Assembly: GCA_963675595.2 (NCBI GenBank)
Contig: CAXXLZ010000003.1
Location: 32,001-96,000 of the forward strand
DNA from: Thermodesulfobacteriota bacterium
GTDB lineage: Bacteria > Desulfobacterota > Desulfarculia > JACQYL01
Direction of reading: 5' to 3'
DNA length: 64,000 nt
Shown: in pieces, positions 27,877 to 37,167 of the stretch
How positions within the stretch are numbered: the first letter of the stretch is position 1
How the letters are laid out: each line of letters opens with the position of its first letter
The notes under the pieces: model-generated
What the model saw: only the letters and a program-made list of their open reading frames with translations
The model's database searches: none
Told to the model about the DNA's origin: nothing
Position numbers and translations under genes: made by a program

Positions 27877-30413
27877 AAGCCTTCGCGTTTCTCCTTCCCG
27901 GCGGCCAGAGGAATGTCCAGGGCCTGGGAGGTGGCGATGGTGATGCTGCGCATGTCCTCGGGTTCGAGGTTGTGCACGAAGGTCTTGCCCGTGCAGCGGG
28001 CGATGATGGCCGTTTCCTGGGCCGTGCCTTTGATCCAATGCTCTACGGCGCGTGCGCGGTCTTCGCGGCTGGTATCGCCGGTGAACTTCATGGAGCCGTC
28101 GGCGATCATGCCGCCCATGGCGATGGCCATGGCCACGGAGAAGATGCCTGCGTTGCAGTTGATGGCCAGGGCCTTGGCCACGTCCGTGCCGGACCGCAAT
28201 CCGCCGAAATAGAGCAGGGCGATTTCTTCTTCCATGTTCATGCGTCGGAGGATGCGGATGGCGTCGCGCATGACCGTGAGGTCCGGGGCGCCCTTGAGTT
28301 CGGGCCAGGCCGTTTCGATGCCCGAGGTGCCGTCCAGGAGCAGGAAGTCGAACTTGTGATCCAGGGCGTAGGGAATGGCCTGCTCGAGGGCGGGAGCGGC
28401 CACGCTCAGGCCCAGGAGTTGATTTTCTTTGGCGCGCTTGAGTTCGACCTTCTTGAAGTCTTTACCCAGCACGTAGACCAGTCCGTCGGCGTCGGGGTCC
28501 GGGGTTTGCCGGTCCGGGGTGAGCAACTGGAGCCACATGGGTTTGTCGCCGTCGGGTCCCGCCTGGGGCAGGGGCTTGAATCCCACGTAGGCGGAACCGC
28601 TGTTCACCAGTCCTGCGGCCAGAGCCTGTTTGAGCTCGTCCGCGGCATCGTCGAACCCGGTGAACAGATAGGGCTGTTTCAGCTCGAGCTTGCCGGCGAG
28701 GACCGTGCGGGTGGAGCAGGCTTCCCGGTAGGGGTCGATGACCAGCCGGGTGAGGGCGGCGGACAGGAACACCACGTCGTCCAGGTGGGCCGGGCGGGTT
28801 TCCGGGAACGGGTTCTTTCTGGGTTTCAGTCGTTCGAGGGTGACCTGGCGGAGGATTTGGGCGTCGCCGGGTTCGGTGCGGGCCATGATGTGGATATGTT
28901 CCCGCGTGCGCCTCGAATAATCCGAATGGCCGGTTTCCGCGTCGCAGCGCAGGCATCGGAGAGCCTGTCGTTTAGCGGTATCCGCGTCGTAGGCCGTTTC
29001 GCACTCGGTCATGGCCGAGGGATCGCTTCCCACGCCCAGGAAAGGCTGTTCCTCTCTCGGGAGTTTTTCCCAGGCCGGGTCCTGAGCCAACGGGATTCTG
29101 CGGGTGCGGAAGGGGATGCTGTAGGGCAGGGGATTTTCCCTGCCTTCGAGAAAGGCGTGCACGTAGTAGGCCGCCCGGTGTCCTTGTCCCATGGCGGTCA
29201 CGATGGCGGAGGGACCGGAGGACGCGTCGCCGGCGGCGAACACCTTGGGATCGGAGGTGATCATGGTTTCCGCATCGGTGCGGACCAGGCCGCGCTGAAG
29301 CAGGCCGGTATTTTCCAGTTCCTCGTTTTGCGCCATCTGGCCGATGGCCAACAGCACGGCGTCCGCCTTGACGGTTTGGGTCTGTGACGGATCATACGTG
29401 GGGTTGAACCGGCCGTCGTAGTCGAAGACCGACTGACAGCGCATGAGCTCAACGCCCGTTACCTTGCCGTTTTCGCTGAGAATTTGCTTGACGCCCCAAG
29501 AGGGTACGATTTGGATGCCTTCTTTTTCGGCTTCTTCGATCTCGTGCTTCCACGCGGGCATTTCTTCCCGGGCTTCCAGGCAGTAGAGCTCGACCTTTTG
29601 CGCTCCGGCGCGGAGGGCGGTGCGGGCCATATCCATGGCCACGTTGCCGCCGCCGATGACCGCTGCGGTGCCGCTCAAGCCCACCTTGGCTCCGCCGCTC
29701 ATGTCCATGAGGAAGTCCAGTCCGTACAGTCCGGCCGGTTTTTCGGCTTCACCGGGCACGCCCAGGCGACGGTCGGTCCAGAGTCCGATGGAAAGCACCA
29801 CGGCGTCGTGGCGCTTTTTGAGTTCTTCCAGGGTGATGTCTTTGCCCAGTTTCCGGTTCAGATGGACCTTGATGCCCGGGCAGTGCGTCAGCAGGCGATC
29901 GAGGTCGTCCTGAATGGTGCTCTCGGGCAGACGGAAGCGGGGAATGACCCGCATCATGCCGCCGAGGCTCTCGCGGGCTTCATACACGTGGACTTCGTAG
30001 CCTTCGTGAGCGAGATCGTGAGCGGCCGTGAGACCCGCGGGACCGCCGCCGACGATGCCCACGGTCTTGGACTGGGTTACGCCGACTTCGGGAAAGCGGT
30101 AGTCATGGCCCAGTTGGTCCATGATGAAGCGCTTCAGGTTGCGGATGGTCACCGGGGCGTCGCTCTCGCCGCGCCGACATTGGGTTTCGCAGGGTTTGGC
30201 GCACACCCGTCCGCACACGGAGCTGAAAGGGTTGGTGGCGGTAATGACTTCGAGGGCTTCCTCGTACTTTCCTTCCCAGATCAAGCCGATGTAGGACGGG
30301 GCGTCGGTGCCCACCGGGCAGGCCTTCTGACAGGGAGCGGGAATCCACTGAATGTCCGGGTATTCATCGTAAAGCTTCACCGGGTCTAAGGCCGGAATTC
30401 TTGCATTTGCCAT
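27873..30413 (-). CDS. GltD-like Fe-S/FAD NAD(P)H oxidoreductase fused to a degenerate glutamate-synthase FMN-barrel domain
   Basis: PCQKACP, CGRVCAKPCETQC, GGGPAG, GGGNVAMD, FAAGD and RCLRC motifs; C-terminal GGLRSGTDVAKALA and HNLEPED. Confidence 0.85.
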   Translation of the reverse strand: MANARIPALDPVKLYDEYPDIQWIPAPCQKACPVGTDAPSYIGLIWEGKYEEALEVITATNPFSSVCGRVCAKPCETQCRRGESDAPVTIRNLKRFIMDQLGHDYRFPEVGVTQSKTVGIVGGGPAGLTAAHDLAHEGYEVHVYEARESLGGMMRVIPRFRLPESTIQDDLDRLLTHCPGIKVHLNRKLGKDITLEELKKRHDAVVLSIGLWTDRRLGVPGEAEKPAGLYGLDFLMDMSGGAKVGLSGTAAVIGGGNVAMDMARTALRAGAQKVELYCLEAREEMPAWKHEIEEAEKEGIQIVPSWGVKQILSENGKVTGVELMRCQSVFDYDGRFNPTYDPSQTQTVKADAVLLAIGQMAQNEELENTGLLQRGLVRTDAETMITSDPKVFAAGDASSGPSAIVTAMGQGHRAAYYVHAFLEGRENPLPYSIPFRTRRIPLAQDPAWEKLPREEQPFLGVGSDPSAMTECETAYDADTAKRQALRCLRCDAETGHSDYSRRTREHIHIMARTEPGDAQILRQVTLERLKPRKNPFPETRPAHLDDVVFLSAALTRLVIDPYREACSTRTVLAGKLELKQPYLFTGFDDAADELKQALAAGLVNSGSAYVGFKPLPQAGPDGDKPMWLQLLTPDRQTPDPDADGLVYVLGKDFKKVELKRAKENQLLGLSVAAPALEQAIPYALDHKFDFLLLDGTSGIETAWPELKGAPDLTVMRDAIRILRRMNMEEEIALLYFGGLRSGTDVAKALAINCNAGIFSVAMAIAMGGMIADGSMKFTGDTSREDRARAVEHWIKGTAQETAIIARCTGKTFVHNLEPEDMRSITIATSQALDIPLAAGKEKREGF

Positions 30414-30427
30414 GGTATTCAAGCTCC

Positions 30428-32386
30428 TTAGTGTGTGCTCGTGGGACCGAATTGTTCACGATACTCGGGCGCGTAGGGCAGCCGGGTCATGGCGGCGGCT
30501 TCTGGCGTGAGGGCCACCATGTCTTTCCGGGAGAGCTGCCTGATGTCTTCATATCCCAACGCGTGAACGATGGCCGCGATCTGCCAACGGATGGCTTCCA
30601 GATAGCGGTGCACCATCAGGGCACGGCGTTCGATCTCGAAGCGCTCCACGTGATCCTTGTCCTGGGTCGCGGCTCCGATGAAGCATCTGCCCACGCTGCA
30701 CTGCATACAGGTGATGCAGCCGGCCGCGATGAGGGTCGAGGTGCCCAGGCCCACGGCGGCGGCGCCCAGAGCCACGGCTTTGGCGGTGTCCACGCCGTCT
30801 TTGACTCCTCCCATGAGCACGACGGGGAGTTGACCTTTGGCGTCGATTTCCTCCAGTCCGTCCAGGGCTTCCTGGATGGCCGCGAGGGTGGGGATCCCCA
30901 CGTATTCGAGTACTTCGTTACCGGCCGCTCCCGTACCGCCCTGCAATCCGTCCAGCTCGATGAAGTCCAGGCCGTCCTTGAGGGCGATCTTGATGTCGTC
31001 GCGAATGCGTCCCGCGCCCAGCTTGATGCTGATGGGAACACGCCAGCCCACGGCTTCACGGAATTCCTGCACCTTCATGATGAGGTCGTCTCCACCCAGA
31101 ATATCGGGATGGCGCGACGGAGACCGGAGGTCCATGTACGCGGGAATGCCGCGAATGGCCGCGATTTCTTCGGTGAGCTTTTCCGCCATGAGCTGTCCGC
31201 CGAGGCCGGGTTTAGCTCCCTGGGAAATGTAGATTTCCAGTCCGTCGGAGCGCTTCATGTCGTGGACGTTCCAGCCGAGACGTCCGGGGAGGCATTGAGC
31301 GATGAGCTGTCTGGCCTCGGCGCGTTCGGCGGAGAGCATGCCGCCCTCACCGGAGTTTTCGGAGATGCCCGAAAGACGGGAGGCGATGCCCAGGGCCGTT
31401 TTCATCTGGCCGCTCAGGGCTCCGAAACTCATGGGGGCGATCATGACGGGCATGCTCAGGTCCAGAGCCTTGCCGCCGTGCTTGTCGCCGATGAAGGTGC
31501 GGAGATTCACTTTGGACACCACGTCCGGGTCGCTGCCGATCTTGGACAGGTCCGCTTTGAAGGCGACGTCCGGGAAGTGGGGTATATGGCGGGCGGCGCC
31601 GTAGCCGCGGATGCGATAGCGTCCGATGATGGACTTGACGCGGATGTCTTCCTGAACCTTGGGGTTCCAGTAATCCTCGGCGCCGCCGGAAAAACTGTAA
31701 AAAGGCATGTTGCGGATGCGGGGTTCCGGATTGGCGTATCGGAGGAGCTTGCCCGCGCAGACGATTTTCTTGAATTTGCCGCCTTTGTAAGGGATGTCGA
31801 ACCGGTCCAGGAACTCCATGACGCTGTCCTGGTCGCGGGATTCGATGTCCACAAGCTGGGCGTCGTTGCCGAGGGACTGGACATTGCCCCCCACGTAGAT
31901 TTCGCCGCCCATCATGTCTTCGCCGACTTTTTCTCCGGAGTTTCCCACGATGATGAGGCGGCCGCCGTACATCATGTAGCCGGCCATGAAGTTGGAGTTC
32001 CCCGCGCAACAGAGGGTCCCCTTTTTCATCACCTGCCCGGCGCGGGAACCGATGTTTCCGCGAACCACGATGTCGCCGCCGCGAAGTCCCTCACCGGCGA
32101 TGGCTCCGGCGTTTCCGCCGACCACGATGGTTCCCTGAAACATGTTGTCGCCCACGCCCCAACTGACGTTCTTCTCCACTTCGACGCAGGGTCCGTCGGT
32201 GAGGCCGCCGCAATAGTAGCCCGCGGAACCGCGAATCTTGACTTTGATGGGGTTGATGAGACCCACACCGATATAGTGTCGGGCGTCCGGGTTCACGACT
32301 TCCACATTGTGGTGAGTGGACCCGTAGCCGCGAATCAATTCATTGGCCTTACGCACGGTCATGGTCGATAGGTCGATGCTTACCAT
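30428..32386 (-). CDS. Fused GXGXG (GlxC/MgsB-like) and FMN-binding glutamate synthase domain (GlxD/MgsC-like) protein
   Basis: N-terminal GXGXG beta-helix; MSFGALS, SGEGG, QGAKPGLGG and CITCMQCSVGRC motifs. Confidence 0.88.
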   Translation of the reverse strand: MVSIDLSTMTVRKANELIRGYGSTHHNVEVVNPDARHYIGVGLINPIKVKIRGSAGYYCGGLTDGPCVEVEKNVSWGVGDNMFQGTIVVGGNAGAIAGEGLRGGDIVVRGNIGSRAGQVMKKGTLCCAGNSNFMAGYMMYGGRLIIVGNSGEKVGEDMMGGEIYVGGNVQSLGNDAQLVDIESRDQDSVMEFLDRFDIPYKGGKFKKIVCAGKLLRYANPEPRIRNMPFYSFSGGAEDYWNPKVQEDIRVKSIIGRYRIRGYGAARHIPHFPDVAFKADLSKIGSDPDVVSKVNLRTFIGDKHGGKALDLSMPVMIAPMSFGALSGQMKTALGIASRLSGISENSGEGGMLSAERAEARQLIAQCLPGRLGWNVHDMKRSDGLEIYISQGAKPGLGGQLMAEKLTEEIAAIRGIPAYMDLRSPSRHPDILGGDDLIMKVQEFREAVGWRVPISIKLGAGRIRDDIKIALKDGLDFIELDGLQGGTGAAGNEVLEYVGIPTLAAIQEALDGLEEIDAKGQLPVVLMGGVKDGVDTAKAVALGAAAVGLGTSTLIAAGCITCMQCSVGRCFIGAATQDKDHVERFEIERRALMVHRYLEAIRWQIAAIVHALGYEDIRQLSRKDMVALTPEAAAMTRLPYAPEYREQFGPTSTH

Positions 32387-32454
32387 TGGATGTTCGTCCC
32401 TTCCTTAAGAGCTGCCGTAGAGCCCTGGTTGCGGGTGAAAAATGGATCGAAGAG

Positions 32455-33375
32455 TTAATTTCCCCGGGTCCACAGTCCGTAAGTCAGGGGGGGCGGCTCG
32501 GTGGTGTCGAGAGCTTTGCCCGGGAACAGGCGGTTGATCCCCACTTCCTCGGAAGAAACGGCGATCAGATCGTCGGTTTCGTACAACACCATGGGCTTGG
32601 CCGCGAGTTTGTCCTTCGCGTATCCAATGGAGTCGCGGGTGGCCACCAGGTAGGAAAACGTGCCGTCCAATTCTTCCAGCGAGGTCTTGAGGACCTCTTC
32701 CAGCGTGGCCCCCTGTTTCATCTGGTAGGCCAGATACACGGCGATGAGCTCCGTGTCGTTTTCCGTCATGAATTCCATGCCCTTGCGCTCCAGGCGTCTT
32801 CTCATGATCCAGTAGTTGGTCAACTGTCCGTTGTGCACCGTGGAGACGTCGGCGAATCCCGTGGCCCAGAAGGGGTGGGACGTATTGGGATGAACGCCGG
32901 ATTCGGTGGCGAGGCGAATGTGGGAAAGTCCGTGGTCGCCGTCGAACGCTCCGATTCCATACCTGGCGGAAACCTGATGCGGGAGTCCCACGTCCTTGAT
33001 GATGTCGATGTTGGAACCCACGGACACGATTTGCGCCACACGCCCCAGGTTGTAGGAAAACTGCTGAACGTCGCCGGAGTATTTGAGGCGAACGGCGAAG
33101 GTGAGACCCATGATCTCTTCCTTCATGATTTCCGCGCCCTGGTCGGCGAGGGCCTGCTTGATCCGGGCGACGTCCTGATGCTCGGCGTCGTCGGCATCGA
33201 TGAAGAAACGCATCTTCAGTTCGCCCGGTTTCGGCTCGTCGTAAAGGGCCCATCCCGCCGAATCGGGTCCCCGATGCACCGTGGCGTTGAGCATTTCGGT
33301 GAGCGCCTGGCCCGTGGTCATGCCGAGGTTGGGACGTTTGTCGTGCTTAAACAGCAATCCTGCGATAGCGCACAT
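32455..33375 (-). CDS. Class II glutamine amidotransferase domain protein (GlxB/MgsA-like)
   Basis: MCAIAG N-terminal nucleophile Cys; HRGPDSAG, HIRLATES, HPF, HNGQLTN and NDTE motifs. Confidence 0.9.
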   Translation of the reverse strand: MCAIAGLLFKHDKRPNLGMTTGQALTEMLNATVHRGPDSAGWALYDEPKPGELKMRFFIDADDAEHQDVARIKQALADQGAEIMKEEIMGLTFAVRLKYSGDVQQFSYNLGRVAQIVSVGSNIDIIKDVGLPHQVSARYGIGAFDGDHGLSHIRLATESGVHPNTSHPFWATGFADVSTVHNGQLTNYWIMRRRLERKGMEFMTENDTELIAVYLAYQMKQGATLEEVLKTSLEELDGTFSYLVATRDSIGYAKDKLAAKPMVLYETDDLIAVSSEEVGINRLFPGKALDTTEPPPLTYGLWTRGN

Positions 33376-33502
33376 GAATACCTCCTCAAATGTATCTTGC
33401 TTTGCGCAAACGTTTGCTCACCACGGGGTGGAATCCGGGAACAATAAGGTGGGTGGTTCAGGGCCTCCCTTGGTGAATCGCAATGGGCTAAACAACCCAC
33501 GT

Positions 33503-33531
33503 ACTGTACCCAAAGCCCGATTTCGTGTCAA
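33503..33531 (-). promoter_or_regulatory. Putative sigma70 promoter of the glx/mgs-like operon
   Basis: TTGACA-N17-TACAGT on the minus strand. Confidence 0.6.
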
Positions 33532-33549
33532 GAACACAGGTCAAGAATT

Positions 33550-33564
33550 TTTCCTGTGGTGAAA
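33550..33564. promoter_or_regulatory. Putative operator 1 (TTTCCTGTGGTGAAA)
   Basis: 14/15 identical to 34509-34523; both lie ~19 bp upstream of a TTGAC -35 box. Confidence 0.55.
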
Positions 33565-33660
33565 ATCGAGTTCCGTCCAGGCGAGCGGCCGGGCTGGTGA
33601 AAGGGTTTCGCCGGACAACCCGCCGCTCAATGGTCGGCTTTGGGGAAACGTCCGGCGACG

Positions 33661-34281
33661 TCAGGATTCTTCCGGGAATCGGGGATATACAATCATCGCG
33701 AGGAACTTGATCGGCAGCTTGACCAGTTCTTCCGGTCCGTGAGGCACATCGGCGTCAAAGAAAAGAGAATCACCCGGCGACAGATTGTAGGTTTTGTTCC
33801 CATGTCTGTAAAGCACCACTCCCTCCAGGACATAGGTGAACTCCATGCCGGTATGCTGAAAAATGGGGAAAACTTCCGAGCTCTCCGTAAGGGTGACCAG
33901 GTAGGGCTCGATGGCTATGCTCTTTCCCACGCTGTGACCCAAGAGCTGATAAAGATGTCCGGCACGGCTGCCTCGTCGTTCGATGGCCAGTCCTTCTCCG
34001 GCCTTGACGTAACTTGCGTCTCTTTCTTCCTCGTATTTTCGGAAGAAGGCGGTGACCGGGATATGGAGGGCCGTGGACAGCGCCTGCAAGGTGGCCAGGG
34101 AAGGGGAGGCGATGCCGTTTTCAATTTTTGACAACATGCCCGTGGAGAGTCCCGCGAGCTTGGCCAATTCGGCTACGGTCAGATCGATGCGTTTTCTAAA
34201 GGCGCGTACTTCGTGCCCGATGGCGACTTCCAATTTATTGCTCCGCGCAGCGGGTTCCCCTTGGGGGTTCCTTTGTTCCAT
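33661..34281 (-). CDS. XRE-family HTH-cupin transcriptional regulator
   Basis: HTH LTVAELAKLAGLSTGMLSKIENG..SPSLATL; cupin PGDSLFFDADVPHGP. Confidence 0.93.
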   Translation of the reverse strand: MEQRNPQGEPAARSNKLEVAIGHEVRAFRKRIDLTVAELAKLAGLSTGMLSKIENGIASPSLATLQALSTALHIPVTAFFRKYEEERDASYVKAGEGLAIERRGSRAGHLYQLLGHSVGKSIAIEPYLVTLTESSEVFPIFQHTGMEFTYVLEGVVLYRHGNKTYNLSPGDSLFFDADVPHGPEELVKLPIKFLAMIVYPRFPEES

Positions 34282-34459
34282 AGACTGTGCTCGTCGATGA
34301 GGATTAACGTGTTTTTTCCGGCATACGTCTCGGATGAGAATCGAAGTTCAACCGACGGAGGGGATGATGCCGAAACCCGGTCTCCTCGGCATGATCGGCG
34401 TGCACACGGCCTGGAACGCAGGGCCGCATAATTGCCGAGTCTCGCCGGATCAATTCGAC

Positions 34460-34489
34460 AATATAACAGGCCGTGATCGGGGGAGTCAA
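34460..34489 (-). promoter_or_regulatory. Putative sigma70 promoter of the regulator
   Basis: TTGACT-N18-TATATT with extended -10 TG. Confidence 0.5.
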
Positions 34490-34508
34490 TGAATTAAAGG
34501 AAACGAAG

Positions 34509-34523
34509 TTTCCTGTGATGAAA
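34509..34523. promoter_or_regulatory. Putative operator 2 (TTTCCTGTGATGAAA)
   Basis: Near-identical to 33550-33564 at an equivalent promoter position. Confidence 0.55.
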
Positions 34524-34628
34524 GAAGAGGGGATGGAGCAGGCTTGGTGATGTTTCATGGCCCACATGAGGCGCACGGTTCTCCGCGCCCCTCATGTGGG
34601 TGAGTTTCCAAGGCGACGCTTCCGTGCA

Positions 34629-35894
34629 TCAAGGGCCGGGCCGAAAGGAATCCGGTGGAAATTGCAGGGTGGCGAAATAATCCTGGACGGTTTCTTCTCT
34701 GCGAATCAGTTCCACCACGCCGTCCGTTCGAAGGAGGAGTTCTTTGGGCCTTAATCGGCCGTTGTAGTTGAAACCCATGGCGTGCCCGTGGGCGCCGGTA
34801 TCGTGGATCAGAAGCAGGTCTCCTTCCGCGAGGGGAGGCAGAGGTCGTTGAACGGCGAACTTGTCGTTGTTTTCGCAAAGGGAACCCACCACGTCGGCGG
34901 TCAGGCTCAAAGGTGAGTCATCCTTCCCGTGCACGGTAATGTGGTGGTAGGCTCCGTAGATCCCGGGTCTCATCAGGGAAGACATGCAGGCGTCCACGCC
35001 CACGTATTCCCTGTAAATGTGTTTCCGGTTGATGACGCGCGAAACCAGTGCGCCGTGGGGACCCGTCATGTATCTGCCGCTTTCCATGAACAGGCTCGGC
35101 ACGCCGCCGTGTCGGTCTTCGAAGGCGCGGCACAGGTCCAGGGTTTCCTTGCCGAGGGCGGCCACGTTCAGGGGCCCGTCCTCCGGCCGGTAGGGAATGC
35201 CCAACCCGCCCCCGATGTTGATAAAATCAAAAGTGATGCCCAGTTCGCCCGAAAGGCGTTCCACCTGCTCCAACAGCATCTTCACCGTAGCAACCATGTA
35301 GGTGTGGTCGAGTTCGTTGGAACAGAGCATGGTATGCAACCCGAATCGCGTCGCCCCACGATTCATGGCCTGTCTGTAGGCTTCCGGGAGCTGGTCGTGG
35401 CTCACGCCGTACTTGGCTTCTTCAGGGTTGCCGATGATGGCGTTTCCGGTTCTGCGAGGACCGGGATTGTAGCGGAAGCAGATGGTTTCCGGCATGACCG
35501 GGACTTTGGGGACCAGCGTCAGGTCGTCTAGATTCAGGAGGCAACCGCCGTCCTCCGCCGACACGCGGAGCTCCTCCAACGTGGTGTTGTTGGAGGTGAA
35601 CATGATCTCATGGCCTCGGGCGCCCGCCTCCCGGCTCAGGATCAACTCGGGAATGGAACTGCAGTCGAACCCGAACCCCATTCCGCGCATAATGGATAGG
35701 ATGGCCGGGTTGGGCAGGGCCTTCACGGCGAAGTATTCCCGAAAGCCCCGGATACCGGCAAACGAGCTTTTCAGGTATTCGGCCGTTTCGCGGATGCCCT
35801 GTTCGTCGTAGATATGAAAAGGCGTGCCGAAGTGTTCGGCGGTCTCTTCGAGTATGGGTGCAAGTCGGTTCCGGAAGCCCTCTGACATGGGCAT
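34629..35894 (-). CDS. lysA: Diaminopimelate decarboxylase
   Basis: FGTPFHIYDE, YFAVKA (PLP Lys), NIGGG, ESGR, CENND and GAHG motifs. Confidence 0.88.
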   Translation of the reverse strand: MPMSEGFRNRLAPILEETAEHFGTPFHIYDEQGIRETAEYLKSSFAGIRGFREYFAVKALPNPAILSIMRGMGFGFDCSSIPELILSREAGARGHEIMFTSNNTTLEELRVSAEDGGCLLNLDDLTLVPKVPVMPETICFRYNPGPRRTGNAIIGNPEEAKYGVSHDQLPEAYRQAMNRGATRFGLHTMLCSNELDHTYMVATVKMLLEQVERLSGELGITFDFINIGGGLGIPYRPEDGPLNVAALGKETLDLCRAFEDRHGGVPSLFMESGRYMTGPHGALVSRVINRKHIYREYVGVDACMSSLMRPGIYGAYHHITVHGKDDSPLSLTADVVGSLCENNDKFAVQRPLPPLAEGDLLLIHDTGAHGHAMGFNYNGRLRPKELLLRTDGVVELIRREETVQDYFATLQFPPDSFRPGP

Positions 35895-36128
35895 GGCGCA
35901 TTCCTCCCTTTCGTTGGCGCGGGGCCGGCTTGGAAAAACGAGTGCCTTCGACGTGCGACGCGCGGCGTTCGGGAGCCCCGGGTTCTCGTTTCCGAAAAAA
36001 ACGAAAAACTCTATCTAACAGGTTTTTCCCGAGTTGAAAAGAACGCAAACGGAAAGCACTTCACCGACGCGGCTCGTTGGGGTATGAGCCCGCGCCGGGA
36101 AGCGCGGAGATTGAACCCGTCGGTTATT

Positions 36129-36698
36129 TCAGGAAGGGTGTCGAGGGCCGTGGTTCTCTCCGAACACGTCCGCCGTGAAGACGTACAGTTCCACTCCCCG
36201 TTTCCAGTCGCCGGGGGCGAGGCCCGCTTTGATACAGGTGTGGTCCAGGAATTCCGAACGATCCCAACCCTGCTCCACGGCAACCTGGGGCAGAAGGACG
36301 CCTCGGTTGAATCCTTTAATAATATAGATACCGTGGGTGCCCACTTGGATCTCGTTGGGATCCTCCACCCGCCTGAGGGGAGAGAGCACGGAAATCTCAA
36401 TGTCGATCTCGTCCAGTTCCTTTTCCCGAAGAGGGGGGAAACGAGGGTCGTCGAAAGCGGAGCAGAGGGCCATTTCCCGGACGGTGAGGTACAGGGGCTT
36501 TTCTCCCTCGAAGAGCCCGATGCAGCCCCTGAGTCCGTTCTTGGTGTGGAGCGAAACGAAGACTCCTCGCCGTAGATGGAGTTCCTCATTATCGGGAGGA
36601 GGCGACGAGGGGTTTTTATTGTACAATCTGCACTCGATCGCTTCTCTGGCGAGTTCCAGAAGGGCCCTGTGTGACGAATCGCTGAGTTGTTCCCCCAC
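36129..36698 (-). CDS. AmmeMemoRadiSam system protein A (AMMECR1 domain)
   Basis: GVFVSL...LRGCIG, DPRF, EISVLS and LLPQVA motifs; GTG start with AAGGAGG RBS. Confidence 0.92.
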   Translation of the reverse strand: MGEQLSDSSHRALLELAREAIECRLYNKNPSSPPPDNEELHLRRGVFVSLHTKNGLRGCIGLFEGEKPLYLTVREMALCSAFDDPRFPPLREKELDEIDIEISVLSPLRRVEDPNEIQVGTHGIYIIKGFNRGVLLPQVAVEQGWDRSEFLDHTCIKAGLAPGDWKRGVELYVFTADVFGENHGPRHPS

Positions 36699-36713
36699 GT
36701 TGGAAGCCTCCTT

Positions 36714-36837
36714 GACAGATCGACGGCAGGCGCGATCTGCGGTGTCGGACTTCATTCCTCGTGACTGCGGCATACTTCGCGCCCCATTCCTTGGAATTTG
36801 CCCGCCTTGTATCTCGTTGTCGTTCACCGGCCCGTCA
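36714..36837 (+). repeat. Dispersed repeat family A, copy 4
   Basis: CGCGATCTGCGGTGTCGGACTTCATTCCTCGTGACTGCGGC...GCCTTGTATCTC, collinear with copy 1. Confidence 0.7.
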
Positions 36838-37010
36838 CAGCCGGACTTTTCCAGTGGCTGCCGAAATCTCCGGGAAATGTTGCGTTGAGTTTAAGGCAGT
36901 ATAGATGGGATTCTCATAGCTGTCAAAATCCGGACGACACGGCGGTTGCGCCCGGAATCGAGATCCGCCGCCGAACCACCGAACAGCAGCCGTTGATGCA
37001 TGCTTTCATA

Positions 37011-37039
37011 TTGACAATCAAGGGGCGGGGTGATACAAG
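37011..37039 (+). promoter_or_regulatory. Putative sigma70 promoter of the polyamine operon
   Basis: TTGACA-N17-TACAAG with extended TG. Confidence 0.5.
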
Positions 37040-37167
37040 GTCTGCTTTTACATCTGCCGGGGCAAAGCGGTACAGCTCATCCTGCGAACAACGCGCGGGA
37101 ACCCTTCTCGATGAGTCCACCCGAAAGGTCCGCCGGCCGAATTATCCTCGGGAAGGAGGTACACGGG

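Noticed and set aside
30401-32371. Long antisense ORFs (also 6695-8107, 27972-29387, 41901-43511, 48837-50264)
   Set aside because: Shadows of GC3-biased genes on the opposite strand; no motifs or RBS.
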